Source: Neolecta irregularis DAH-3 (Eukaryota). Taken from it: a stretch of 64,000 bases of DNA. Each line of letters opens with the position of its first letter. Position 1 is the stretch's first letter. The notes below the pieces were generated by a model. The model saw nothing but the letters and a program-made list of their open reading frames with translations, searched no databases and had not been told where the DNA came from. Below are positions 26,601-39,506 of this stretch, piece after piece. Location: assembly GCA_001929475.1 (NCBI GenBank), contig LXFE01000243.1:1-64000 (forward strand), given 5' to 3'. The translations under genes and the position numbers were made by a program.

Positions 26601-29600
26601 AGCCAAGTCTTGAGGAGGAAGGATCAATGTTGCGTCACCAGAATGGACGCCTGCATTTTCCACATGTTCTGAAATGACGTGCATTAACATTCGTCCATCT
26701 TTAGCCACGGCGTCCAGCTCGATCTCCTTGGCTCCTTCGATATATTTGGTAATAACTACCGGATGGTCTCGCGACACCTCGACAGCTTGTTTAAGGTAGT
26801 TTGCGAGGTCATCCCGAGAGTAGACTGTATTCATAGCAGCTCCAGAGAGAACATAAGAAGGTCTAACAAGAACGGGATAACTAACCTTTTCGCAAAATTC
26901 AGCGGCTTCTTCGGTATTATTAAGCTCTTTCCAACTTGGTTGGTCAACATTAATTTGATCCAGCATTCGCGAGAATTTATATCGATTTTCAGCATTATCA
27001 ATCATCTCAGGGCTCGTTCCAAAAATCTTGACATTCTGCCGATGGAGTGACAGTGCGAGATTGTTGCTTGTCTGCCCACCCATGGAAACAACAACTCCAG
27101 CTGATGATTCAAATTCATAAATATCCAAAACGCGTTCGAGGTCGATGTTTTCGAAATAAAGTCTGTCGACCTCGTCATAATCTGTACTCACGGTTTCTGG
27201 ATTATAATTTATCATAACAGTCTTGATCCCACGTTCCCTCAATGTTCGCACTGCTCGAACAGCACACCAGTCGAATTCCACACTAGATCCAATGCGATAG
27301 ACACCGGAGCCTAAAACTATCACTCCTCGATCTTCGAAATCTATATCATTCTTAGCAGCATTGTATGTAATAAATAGATAATTTGTATATGCAGGGAACT
27401 CTGCCGCGACAGTATCAATCTGTTTAACGAAAGGGGTTATGCCGTTCTCAACTCGAAGCCGACGCACAGCGAGTTCATTGGACTTCATAAATTTAGCTAA
27501 TTGTCGATCCGAGAATCCCATTTGTTTGGCTTGGCGGATTAATGGGAGAGGAATTGACGAAGCTGAATATGCACTAATATTATTTTCAAGCAGTATAAGT
27601 CCCATGAGTCGATTGAGGAACCATTTATCAATTTTTGTCAATTCCCAGATCTGATCGACAGAGTATCCAGAATGCATAGCATTCGCAATCGCAAAAAGAC
27701 GCTGATCAGACGGAAATTGAAGCTCCTGGTCGATTGACATGAGCGCATCCGTCTATTGGTAAACAACATGAACAAGTATAAAGTTTACCTCATTAAATCC
27801 GAGATTGTTATTGTCGATAGCTCGAATAGCCTTCTGAATAGCTTCCTCAAAAGTGCGCCCAATGCTCATAGCTTCACCAACGCTCTTCATTGAACTATTC
27901 AAAAGGGTGCTGACCCTTGTAAATTTTTTCAAGTCCCATCTAGGAATTTTAACCACCACATAATCCAGACTCGGTTCAAAACAAGCAGTGGTCACCTTTG
28001 TCACGGTATTTGCGATTTCATTCAGTGGAATGCCCAGTCCAAGTTTTGCGGCGATAAAAGCTAGCGGATAACCAGTTGCTTTGGAAGCAAGTGCGGAGGA
28101 CCGAGATAATCGAGCATTGACTTCGATAATACAATATCTTTTACTGAAGGGATTAAGTGCATACTGAATATTGCACTCTCCAACGACACCAAGATGTCGA
28201 ATTACATTCACAGCGGTCGTTCGTAACATATTGTAATCTTCATCAGATAACGTTTGGGAAGGGGCAACGACTATAGAATCTCCAGTATGAATACCGAGAG
28301 GGTCAAAATTCTAAAGGTGAGTGATTTGACTTTGAAACTAGATGAAAACCTCCATATTGCAGACCGTGATACAATTATCTCGACAATCTCTGACAACTTC
28401 ATATTCAATTTCCTTCCAGCCCTTCATACTTCGCTCGATCAAAACTTGAGGACTTGAAGAAAATGCTTTATTACATAACGCAATAAGCTGCTTTTCATTA
28501 TCTGCAAATCCGGAGCCAAGTCCGCCAAGTGCATATGCAGCTCTCACAATAACAGGAAAGCCGATATTTTTCACGACTCGAAGGGCTTCTTCAATGCAAT
28601 TTGCACTAGCACTCTTTGCACATTTTTCGCCTATTTCGGCCATACTTTGAGCAAATAGTTCCCGATCTTCAGTGGTGATAATTGTGTCGATTGGAGTTCC
28701 TAGAACTTTGACCCCAAGGTCTTCAAATTCATCTTTTAATTGGATACCAACATTAAGAGCTGTTTGGCCCCCAAAGGTTACGTAGATAGAGTCAGGATGT
28801 TCGTATCTAATCACTTTTCGAACGAATTCAGGATTAACTGGAAGGAAATATACCTTATCAGCGAGACCATGGGAAGTCTGAATTGTCGCAATGTTGGGGT
28901 TAATAAGAATGGTATAGATTCCTTCTTCTTTGAGTGCTTTTATCGCCTGCACATTAAGTGGTATTCAAACGTGGAGAATGTACTTGACTTCCAGAATAAT
29001 CAAATTCTCCTGCTTGTCCAATGCTTAGGCCACCGCTTCCGAGGATGAGAACCTTCTTCACTTGAACTCGAGGGTTCTTCTTCTCGTTCTCTTCCTTCGA
29101 CCCTCCGGGAAATCGAACCAATTCCAGTTTTTTGGATTCAGCACTCCGTCGAACACTGTCAATGAAGACATCAAAGAGAAACTCAGTATCATGGGGACCT
29201 GGAGTAGCTTCTGGATGAAACTGAACGGAGAAGTATGGAAGAGAAGAGTGATATAGACCTTCGTTAGATCTATCGTTGGCATTGACGAAGAGTTCTCGCC
29301 ATGGCTCTTTAAGAGATTTGGCCTCAACCGCATACCCGTGATTCTGTGAAGTAATATAACATCGCCCAGATAGCAGTGACGTGCACGGAAGATTTTGACC
29401 TCGGTTACCGTACTTCATTTTTGAGGTAGTGGCTCCAGCTGCTCGAGCCAGGAGTTGATGGCCCAGACAGATACTATCGTATTACACAGGAACCTTTGAT
29501 AATGTGTACCCGAAAATTGGAGTTTTCTCGAGTTTTATGGCTTCATTAAGATGTTCAATAGTTTCAGACATTTGAGATGGATCACCGGGACCATTACTTC

Positions 29601-30656
29601 CGGTCAATTTGACATAACATATGTAAGAATACCTAATAAAAAGGCCATCATAGTTTTCTTCCATCAGAAAATCATGATCCCAGGGAACGACTTTCAATTC
29701 AACGCCTCGCCTGATGAAACAACGGATCTGATTGAATTTCTACATAACTTAAAGGGAGTTCTTGAGAATAGAGTGTCGTACCATTCCCATATCGATACAA
29801 AGAATCCGGAGTGTCTGGCCATTGGATTTCCTGATTGCGGTCAAAGGGTCTGGTGTGTATATCTGAATAGCTTTCGCGGAAACTACAAATATTAGGAATT
29901 AAACCGATTTGACTTCTCGCCTTCTTTAACCAGGTTAATTTGGTTGGGATCAACCCAATCAATGGTCTCAAAATCCGCCTTCCAGGTCTCTGAAGAATCT
30001 TCGATTTTACACGGTGCTCTTTTAAGACTGGTCTCTTTCGATTTGCGTAGCAAAACTCGTCCGCCCATACATCCTTCAGTCCTGATCGTTTTAGTGAGCG
30101 CTCGCGTATCGACCCCATGTATCGCTGGAACCCCCTGGCTTTTAAGCCAACTTCCAAGGGAACTAGATGCGAGGTAGTGAGAATAATCAGGTGAATAGGT
30201 TCCAACTATGAGAGCAGCGATGTGAATGGTATTACTTTCGAAGTACTTGGGAATAGACTTGACAAGCTCGTCCATTTGTTCCCGAGGCGGCACACCGTAA
30301 TTGCCCACAAGAGGGAAAGTAAGAACAAGGATCTGGCCGCGATATGAGGGATCCGTTAAGGATTCAGGATAACCAACCATGCCTACAACGTCAGTTACAG
30401 CCACTCTTTCTGTATGTAAACCCGTTTGGAACACCAGCTCACCGGCTGCGCTATTCTCCGCGCCAAAGGAATATCCTTTATAGAAGGAACCATCCTGCAA
30501 TTCGAGAATGATGTCGCTTTCCCAGTCGCTGACGCTCTGAGACATTCTTCCCGAGGAAGAGACAGGTGATGATGGCGACATAGGCACAAGATATGATGCG
30601 CGTGGCCCCAATGGCGATCCGGGTCTTGGCTGATCCAGTTGGGCTGGATGAGCCAT
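23603..30656 (-). CDS. URA2: Multifunctional pyrimidine synthesis protein (GATase-CPSase-pseudoDHOase-ATCase)
   Basis: [68 protein letters not shown]; the DHO-like region lacks the HxH metal ligands, as in fungal URA2. Confidence 0.98.
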
Positions 30657-30800
30657 TAGCTCGAAAAATATTTTTTGAGGCGGAGGATGGAAATTTTGGC
30701 GTTATAGGTCCGTGCGGAAAAGGCTCATGTTCTGTCTGACCCACCTGTAGTATCTTCCCACCTGTGGAATCGTCCAACTTTCCCACCAAATCTGTGACCG

Positions 30801-31400
30801 TCCTCCAACAACCTCACCACTACCTCACTACCACCAGCTGCTAGCCATCTACACAATGCAAGTAACCTTGAATTCCAAAGCTAGTCAATAGTAATACACA
30901 AATCTCCTTCCACAATACACCTACTACCTTGCCAGTCTCCTGCTACCTTGCCAGTCTTATATGCTTCCTCTCCACCCCTGCTTTATCATCTCGATCCTCT
31001 GGGAGTCTCTGCCTCTGCTTCCATGCACTGTTTTGATCTTGTAGACAGGGGATTTGGAATAGTTGGCTGTTGAAAAGAAGAGACTTTCTTCTGTACTAGC
31101 TTCTGCTTGGGCTCACCAAACTGAGCTTTGACATTTCTGCTTTTGTTGTAAGCTCCTTTCCCTTTCCTTTGTCTTTTCCCCTTACTGTTATCTTGTCACC
31201 TTTACCGACAAAGTCAATAGTTTGTACCATAGCCACCTGTGTTCCCCCAAGAATAGAAGACATGTTACCACAGTCTTGCTCTTCTGAAAGACAGTACTGT
31301 GTGCACTCAACATTATTCCAATAACAAGTACACTTTGTGATACATTTCTTTAAACAGTTGCAGGAAATTTGTCTATTCAGAGATGCACAGATATTTCATA
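30801..31400 (-). mobile_element. Relic of a Ginger/integrase-type DNA transposon 3' end
   Basis: Minus-strand frame ISCNCLKKCITKCTCYWNNVECTQYCLSEEQDCGN (31368-31264), a Cys-rich C-terminus like that of Ginger-type integrases; only 2 CpG in about 600 bp. Confidence 0.55.
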
Positions 31401-31596
31401 CTAGTGTTGAAATTCGTGATGATATCGAAACCGTTGAAACCGGTGAAATTTGCATATGTGGAGAGTCCTTTACGAACAGCACAAAAAGGCAGTGGTAGAA
31501 TCTGCAAGTCATTCCTTAGAATTTCTCATTGTTCACTCATCGTCTTTGGAAATAATTTCAATAATAAATGCCTATTGGTGCTATGCGCGCAGATAC

Positions 31597-33580
31597 TTAC
31601 ATTTCTAGAACGATAGTCCTGCTTTTAATTGCGTCAAAAATGCAGGTATTGTTGAAAGTGACATATTGTCTCGTAACAACCTTTACATTGTAAAGATGGG
31701 TTGATAGAAGTTCAGATTACCTTGATGACTTCCTGCGCCACGAGACCGCCTAAGAAACTCGATATGTTATGCAACTCAGCGCCTCCTGCCCGGGTACTTA
31801 AAAAAGTCAGTGGGAGGAAGACGAAGATAAGATACGTCTCGGCACAATGCTTTTGGATGAGATCTGTCATCGCAAGGCCACATTGTCCCATAATATCTGC
31901 AGCAATTTCTTGCAGTTCGGTTGTGTCTTGCTCTATCCTTTCAATTAATTTCCCTGGCGCATGACCATTCTTCTCGACAAACAGATCATATGCTCTTAGC
32001 GTGACATATTGCGGAATTAAGTTATCACCATCTTCGAATAGTTCGGCTTTATCTCAGCTTGTTTACCGAGGATGTAATACCGATCCTTTTGGTATTGGGG
32101 GTAGTATACTCTTGCTCCAAGCTTCGATATTGAATGACCTTCAGATACGCCGCGTGTTTACAGAAAACCTCAATTTCCTGGTCTTCGATCCGATCAATTG
32201 ACTCTTTGAGCACCGTGAGATGCTTATGGATATACGATTTCACTTGACTTATGTCGCATTGTGCTTTTTGGTGGTAACTTTTGACATCAGCGTTCGTATA
32301 TCATGTCAATATGGAGATGTTACATATTCTGCAAAAGGACATATCGAGAGGAATCAGCCTTCATATCCGGCAGCACTCCACTCAAGGGTAAGAATCCCGT
32401 AGCGGCAACGAAATCTGCTAAGGAGCGAACAAGGATCCAAAAGTTAGAGGACTATTTGTCAGCAAGGGATAATAACTTCCTGCACATTCGGCGTTAGGTT
32501 TTGCGCCTGTGGATCATTCAGCAGAACCTTTACATGCTTAGGTATCTGATGTTTTTCAGTGACAAAAACTGAGCGGAGAAACCTCAGTTTTAACACAAGC
32601 TTTTCGAGCTTGATTGATAGCTTCATCGAAGTTTTCCTCATCAGGAGTTAGCTTTTTCGAATTGATGAATTCTTTGAATTCTTGCTTCTCTGCAGAAGTT
32701 GAAGGTGTATTACCATTATTCTTACAGGAATTAGTGTAAGCCGGTAACTACCAACCTCATACCTCGTTCTTCCATTCTTGCACTAATTTGATCAGAAGAG
32801 CGATATACGGAACATGACTATGTTCCTGGCCATTCATTTCTTCGAGCCTTAAAGTATCGGCGAATTGGCGAAGTTCTGGCCATGGTGAGTCAAGCCGGAG
32901 GTCAACAAGACTGTCTGGATGGGTTTCCACCACTAACACATGTTGGTGGAATTGATATATTCCAATGTATGAGTACGTGTGATTTCTGGCACGGCTATAC
33001 GGAGGTATGCCATAAAGCCAACACTTTTTGCAACAAATAACGGGATTCCGGCTACCCATAGCACTTTGGATAAAGGAAGTAAAATTGTAGCGCTGAGATC
33101 GGTGGCAATAACGACGGTGAAGTCCTTAAAGAACTCTGGCTGCTTGGCTATCAGTTCGAGCGGGTCCTAGATAAGGGTGAGGCAATACAAAAAGCAGAAG
33201 AGCTAACCTCAAGAATGGCCTTTCCCTTGACTTCGTCATTTAGTTCGAGAAGGTGCTGGACAATCGTTGATGCTCTAGGCTTGCCAATAGACATAACATC
33301 TACGAAGAAGTTAACTCCTGTATCTTCCTCCAGGACAAATTTGTTATCAATTATAACGAATGACCCAATTCCTAATTAATTCAGCTCCAGAACTCGAAAG
33401 AAATATGGTTTGGAGCATATTGTACCCACCTGGAAGTACCAGATTTTTCAAAGCTTCTGAACCAACAGCAGATCCGTTGATCAGACATATCCTTGATTTC
33501 TCCAATGCCGATTGACCATTCGCAGCCCACAATCGTAGTTGACGATCATATTTCAGCGAATGATTTGCATCCATGACCAT
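31597..33580 (-). CDS. ULA1: NEDD8-activating enzyme E1 regulatory subunit
   Basis: [78 protein letters not shown]; ends RTIVLEM*. Confidence 0.96.
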
Positions 33581-34092
33581 TTCAAAATGCTATCTCTCGA
33601 GATTCAATAGATTCACGAATGATTCCAATGGAGTATTGTCGGAATGACGTTGGTGGTCGATTAGAGGCTTCGCTGCCTCATTCGAAATAGCTCAAGCACT
33701 CTCGATTAGAGCAGCAGATAAATGTCTGCTCTATGTGAGCACTTTAACATGGTTGAATACTCTCCATTCTCATGTGAGAACAATTTAATAAACCAAACTT
33801 AGCCTAGAAAAGATAGGGTACTCGCGGGAAAAGCCTTGGTGAATGGAAATCTGAGGACTCAAAACTCGACGATTGCATCAGTGGGAAGTATTCGCGAGTA
33901 CATCCTTAGAAATTTATAATGAGAATATTAAATTTCTAGCCTCTATAGTCTCAATGTTGAAGATCAAAAACTTCTAACATCCTTCGTTAGAACATAGGAT
34001 CTAAAACCAAAATTGAGACAAGTATCTACATGATTCAAAATTTGAAAGACAACGCGAAGTAACCCCTGGGCTATACGACAAGTAAGTAGTTT

Positions 34093-35047
34093 CTACAATC
34101 CAAAAAATTGCCCAAGCATGGCCATAGTTCCATCGTTCCTTCTTTGGTGCATCCTCTCAGAGTTCTCCCAATAACTCTGAGGCACTGCACTATCCAGCGG
34201 CATTGTGTTATTCATAGTTTGATGAATGCATGTTTTTCGGACTCTCTTATTGTATCGATGTAAACGCGCATAATTCTCTCGTATGTTTGCCATTACGGCA
34301 TCCATTTCTGCTTCTGTATAGTCACGACCATGTACTGGTGTAACTTGCTTGATTGTACGTTTACAACCGTGTTCGTTAACAACCAGTATGTATTTTTCGC
34401 CGAGTCGAAGACCTCTTGAACTACTACGCGGTCGAGAGGTCTTCGTCAATACCACGCTATTGTCAGACGATCTGGGTGGAGTTTGAGGGTGCTGAATTTT
34501 GGGATGAATGACATTGCATAATGTGGGTGGGCTTGAAGGATGAGCAGGTAGATCAGATTGGATAGTTGAAGCATCAGTTGTCTTGACTAAAGATATCAAT
34601 ATACTTTAGTGACAACTTCGAAGACATACCCTTCAAGATGCTTGTAGGCTGAATAGTCTTAGCTGTAGAAGGGGAGTGTAGATGATGGGGTGGTGAAGAC
34701 ATATTGCTCTTACGATGATGATCATGCTCTAGACACCAACCTAGTTCGGCCGGAGAGTCTCCCTGAGCGTCTTCGAGATCGTCAAAATAAATTTGTTCAG
34801 TGTCGTCGACTGGCCATGAACCCGGGAGTCTGCCCAGACCACCGACTAGGATGCCTCAATGGATCAGTTCAGTCAATGAATAGCTATATGTGCCTTGGTC
34901 GGTCTCCGAGGATGACAACATCTTTCGTTGAAGACTGCGAGCGGAGAAGCTCACTTTGCGAGCATGCGAACAATTCGATGTTGGTTCTTCTTCCATTTTG
35001 TGCGGGGGCTCAAAGTAGGCCCCGGGCATGCTAGCACAAAGAGACAT
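34093..35047 (-). CDS. Hypothetical protein (3 exons)
   Basis: Exons join in frame via a GC-AG intron (34893-34855) and a GT-AG intron near 34630-34588; MPGAYF and LPGSWP motifs. Confidence 0.55.
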
Positions 35048-36093
35048 CTTGGGTCGAAGTAGGAGAGTAGAAAACGATGAGTAGAGGGTTAAGAGTAGTG
35101 AGGAGAAGAGATGGAGGATGAGCGAAAAGCGATGATATAAGTTCTGAGTAGTGAGGACCAACAATAACTTCGGCTTGTTGGCCAGAGGAAACAGAATAGC
35201 CAGGAGCGAGGTTTTTTATAGATTTTTCAGAAGCGGGAATGAGGGTCTGTAAATCCACCACATCAATCGAAAAGTTGAGTCGCTGCAGATCATTCTCGAC
35301 AGATTATCACAGGTGACGTTGACCTTTCTGGAGAACAGAATAATGTTGCAACGCAGTCCTGCTTGAAGTGTGTAGACAGCCTTCATTAATAAAGTTCTCA
35401 AGAAATATCAACGTGTATGAATGAGAGAGAACCGCGGTCACAAAATGGAGAGAATCTTCTGTCATTATTCAGGGTGAACTGAATACGATAATCTTTTGAT
35501 ATATTTCACCCCATTCCACAAAAAGATCTTCATCGCTTAAGAATCTGATTTGCAATCATTGCATCTGATGATCATTCCGGTATCCCCAGAGACGCAGTCT
35601 AATCGGGGAGAGACGCCTTCATCGGTGTAGTAAGTGATAAAAGTAATCGGGATCCCGAGGTCCTTTAAATTGCCGAGGTGATCGAGATGCATCAGAAACA
35701 TCAGAAGGTCTAGAAAGTCGAATCATCAATTTGGATCTCAAAGAAAACACAAAGACAAAGATTCGAAATTGTTCTTGACTAAAGATTTGACAGTCTAAAG
35801 GCAACGTTAGCGTCACTCCAACATGCAGGATGAAGTAATCTCCATCAAATGTTGAAATTACAGTTGAAAGGATAGTAATTTCCAGATAGTCAAGGGTAGT
35901 GAAGATTTGGACATTGAAGTGATATAAAGATGTTGACAGCCCAAGAGTTACACCTGATACTAACGAGTTGAATCTAGCTGTCACAAAAAAGAGAACAGGA
36001 GCTTAAACCTAATTGTGCCAAGAAACATAAGCTCATTAGTTGAGTGCGAATGTTTTCACTGGCTGGATGAATAGCTTCGTGTATGTTAAGGGC

Positions 36094-37581
36094 TCAAATT
36101 CTTAACCGCTCTCTGACTTTGCTCAAGTCCAAAACGCACAATGGTCTCTTCCAGCTTTCTTCATCTTTAGGTAACTGAACTCCTGCACAATCTCTCCAAA
36201 ACAAAATGATCTGCTCGTCTAAAAATCGTTCCTCAAGATGACTAGAACATCCGAATATCGTCGACAGAAAATCCATTTCAAGGGTAATGGAGTTGAGCCA
36301 TCTGCAGTTCATGGAAAGACTCTTCATCGCGACCACTGAGAACGGGAGAACGGATTCATCAAATTTTAGATGCGCTAATTGTGAACACTTTGACAACGCA
36401 GATATTGTCTCGTGGGTCAAATAGTGACCTGCTCCGCGCCCCAGCGAATCTCTTTGAAATTCAAAACTTTGTAATTTTCCACAGTTTGTCGAAATCGAAA
36501 GGATATCCGTATCCCTCCAATTCCCAATTATGGAAATGTCTCGAATATCTCGATTAATCGTCACAATCGAAGGAATCAGCTCTTTAGGGAAATAAACTAC
36601 GCGACCATGAAGTTTTAACATTCTTAATTTATCAAATTTTACGGGATCAATAGTCCATTTTTGTAGCGTTCGATAAGGTGGCAAAAGGCGTTGTTCGATT
36701 TCCAGATTATGCAAATTGGGGAGAGTCTCTCTAACAGCTTTCCATGTTTCGAAGCTTAAGACCTCTGGACCGAGTATGAGGTGGTTTATCGTCTTCGATT
36801 TTATGTTGGGCAAGATTCGATGGGACTGCTCAAAACAAGTTAGATTTTGGACGGAAAGGAGCATTGATAAATTCTTTTGAGACAAACGATCGTCTGTATA
36901 ACTTGGACAGGAATCGTGAAGGTGAAGCTCCTGAAGATTTGGCAGTACAGAAACCCAGGAATTCAGTAGCGAACAGGATATTGGACGGTGAGTCGTGAGG
37001 GTTATAATTTTCATGGACAAAATGCTAAGAATGCTCGAGATGAACCTCAATTCTTCAGAACCGGAAAGTATTGGGGATGATGCTAGTGCCGGCTCTTGAA
37101 GAACCATTTCAACATTTTGAAGAGATTTTATCGAATTGATCTCTTTGATGAGGTTGAAAGTTTTTGTTGATTGATCTGACATTGAATCATGTTCGTCAAT
37201 ATTGATCTGGATAAACGATATATGTCGGGCTCGACTGAAAAACCTACCCCATCGCTCAAAAGCACTCTCGAAGCCCACAGAGTTCGTCCCACCGGGCGCC
37301 AGATCGATCCTTACTCGTTTAACGAACTTTGCGTTTTGAGGAGACAGGTCCGACATATTCTTAAAGCGATCAGCCAAGCCTCGAAATTCTCCCGCGACCA
37401 ATCGATTAGAAAAGGATACATCGATACAACGATACAGCTGTGGAGCTGCCAAGCTATAGAACAACCGACTCACGTAAAGACACGACCTCAAATCAGTTAA
37501 TTGGAGGGTTTTGAATATTTGAATCTGAAGTTCCGGCAGCAAAACAATGGTTGGTGGGGCCGAATGGAATGAAAGAAGCAT
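36094..37581 (-). CDS. F-box protein with LRR-like C-terminus (intronless)
   Basis: LLPELQIQIFKTLQLTDLRSCLYVSRLFYSLAAPQLYR F-box; repeated LxxLxL motifs; 495 aa. Confidence 0.85.
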   Translation of the reverse strand: MLLSFHSAPPTIVLLPELQIQIFKTLQLTDLRSCLYVSRLFYSLAAPQLYRCIDVSFSNRLVAGEFRGLADRFKNMSDLSPQNAKFVKRVRIDLAPGGTNSVGFESAFERWGRFFSRARHISFIQINIDEHDSMSDQSTKTFNLIKEINSIKSLQNVEMVLQEPALASSPILSGSEELRFISSILSILSMKIITLTTHRPISCSLLNSWVSVLPNLQELHLHDSCPSYTDDRLSQKNLSMLLSVQNLTCFEQSHRILPNIKSKTINHLILGPEVLSFETWKAVRETLPNLHNLEIEQRLLPPYRTLQKWTIDPVKFDKLRMLKLHGRVVYFPKELIPSIVTINRDIRDISIIGNWRDTDILSISTNCGKLQSFEFQRDSLGRGAGHYLTHETISALSKCSQLAHLKFDESVLPFSVVAMKSLSMNCRWLNSITLEMDFLSTIFGCSSHLEERFLDEQIILFWRDCAGVQLPKDEESWKRPLCVLDLSKVRERLRI

Positions 37582-37654
37582 CTATGGGATCAGGACAACT
37601 TTGGGAGGTCTGTGAAATATCCAGGCACGAGAAAGGGGGAAATGCACAAATTAG

Positions 37655-38399
37655 GGAGATCCAGGCTGGTGGCTGCAAAACATGGTGTATACCCTTGTTC
37701 TGTGTGGTGTGACCACCCTGGCCATAACGCTCGCATGTGATATGCAAGGAGCAGGAAACCTCGCAGCAGGAATCAATAATATATTCATCTCAAGGTCGGA
37801 CTATCGAACAATTATCTCGGTTAAACCTAGCACGCTTCCCCAAAGCCCCAAATTCCGGCGATTCCAACTAAGGCCGGCCAGGTGTGGTGACTACCAAGTT
37901 CCACCGCCCCTATACGGGAGTACAGGCTGGATTCGGGCTGTAGGAGGGAGAAGACGGAGGGAGCTTGCCCAGTCAGGGGAAGCGGACCTCGATGAGGAGG
38001 GCAATTCTGATCCGGGGGAGGAGACGAAGCTTGTCGCGAGTAAATGTCAAAACGCGATCTCGTCGTCTTGCCGCAGCGACTCGCTTCTCCCCTTACTCTA
38101 CCACTATTCCTATCCATCTCCAACAGCTACCTCCTGTTGCTCCGCCAGAACTTCTATCGTTCCCCATGTCGTCATATCGATTATCCCCAGCTACCTCACA
38201 TGGCATTTTTTGAAGTCAAAGCACGCAGTCAACCAAACCAACAACGTGTTCTGTGCTTGACGGGCTGGTGAGGCAGGCAGGCAGAGGGGAGGGGAAGGGC
38301 TGACCTAAATAGTATATCTCACGTGAAAAAGCCCGTATCGGCCGATGGGCCAATGGGCCGTGCTATGGCCCGGCCACCCAGGGCCCGTCCACAACACTG
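37655..38399 (+). mobile_element. Degenerate hAT transposon 3' remnant
   Basis: DPGWWLQN (37658-37681) resembles the hAT dimerization motif DPLxWWxxN; acidic tail; GGCCC-rich subterminus ending ACAACACTG (reverse complement CAGTGTTGT, hAT-type TIR). The other end was not found. Confidence 0.45.
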
Positions 38400-39005
38400 C
38401 TTCTTTCGCGGCTACTTCGAGAAAACCAACGAAAACCCTAGGCAAATATTCTGTCACTGCAGAATCAAGAACCCTCAGAAGACTGTTTCAACGTAGATAG
38501 CGGGGGCCAAGCAGGAGGGGGCCCAGGAGCAGGGCAAACGTCTATCTGTAGAAGCACGACGGGCTCTGCGAGCTTGCCCTGCGTCGCGAGAACGGCGCCG
38601 TGCTGCCGAAGTGCACAAAACAATGATCTCACGAGTCGCATCCAACGGTACCAAGATCGTCCATATCGTACCAAGATTGATGAGGTTAATAAGGGTGGGT
38701 TTGGTGCGCGCCAAATTTCATAAAATGTGGCTTTTAAAAAATTGGAATTTTAGGGGCGCGTTTGGTGCGCTCCACGTTTTATAAAATTTGTCATTGTAAA
38801 AAATTCAAAGTTTAAGCTCAGGTTTGGGGCAACCCCACAATATTCCATACGCCCACATTTAATCAAATAGGGTAACTGTTAAAGTTCGAATTTTAAGTGC
38901 ATGTTTGGTGTGCTCCACTGTTAAATTCAAATTTTAAGGGTGGTGTGCTCCACAGTTAAATTCCGATTTTCTGCCTGCATTGTACTTACAATCCATCCAA
39001 CAACA

Positions 39006-39506
39006 ATGACCAGAGCAAAATGGAATGTCAATCAAGAACAAACGTTGATATATACCTTACTTGATGAAGCAAGAGCAGGGAGAATGTCTCATGGAGGGTT
39101 TAAAAAAGATACATGGGAAAAGGTTCAGGGAATTTTAAATACCAAGTATGGTACTGTATATGATATGGACCAGATGAAATCCAAGTTCAGTACTGTATGG
39201 ACAATTATCTTATGATCAATATTTGCTAACTTGATACAGATGAAACTTGATTATCGAACATTTGCGAAACTTAAACTGAGTTCTGGTTTTGGTTGGGATA
39301 GTAGGAAGGAGACAGTAACTGCGCCAGATGATGTTTGGGATAGTTACATTCAGGAACATCCCAATGCAGCTAATTTCAGACACAAAACTCTTCCATTTTT
39401 TGAAGAACTGGATGAGCTTTTCTTCAAAAGCACCGCGACTGGAGAATTTGCCCTCCCACCTCCATCATTACCGAGGATACAACCGGGATCACGTCCAAAT
39501 CCTTAA
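39006..39506 (+). CDS. Myb/SANT-like DNA-binding protein of the PIF/Harbinger element
   Basis: Two exons (intron 39195-39239), 151 aa: KWNVNQEQTLI..GGFKKDTW..QMKSK..SSGFGWD..VTAPDDVWDSYIQEHP..FRHKTLPFFEELDELF..ATG. Confidence 0.88.

Noticed and set aside
38693-38970. Regularly spaced GTTTGGTG repeats as a CRISPR-like array
   Set aside because: Spacers resemble each other and the array mirrors the opposite end of the element; these are transposon subterminal repeats in a eukaryote.
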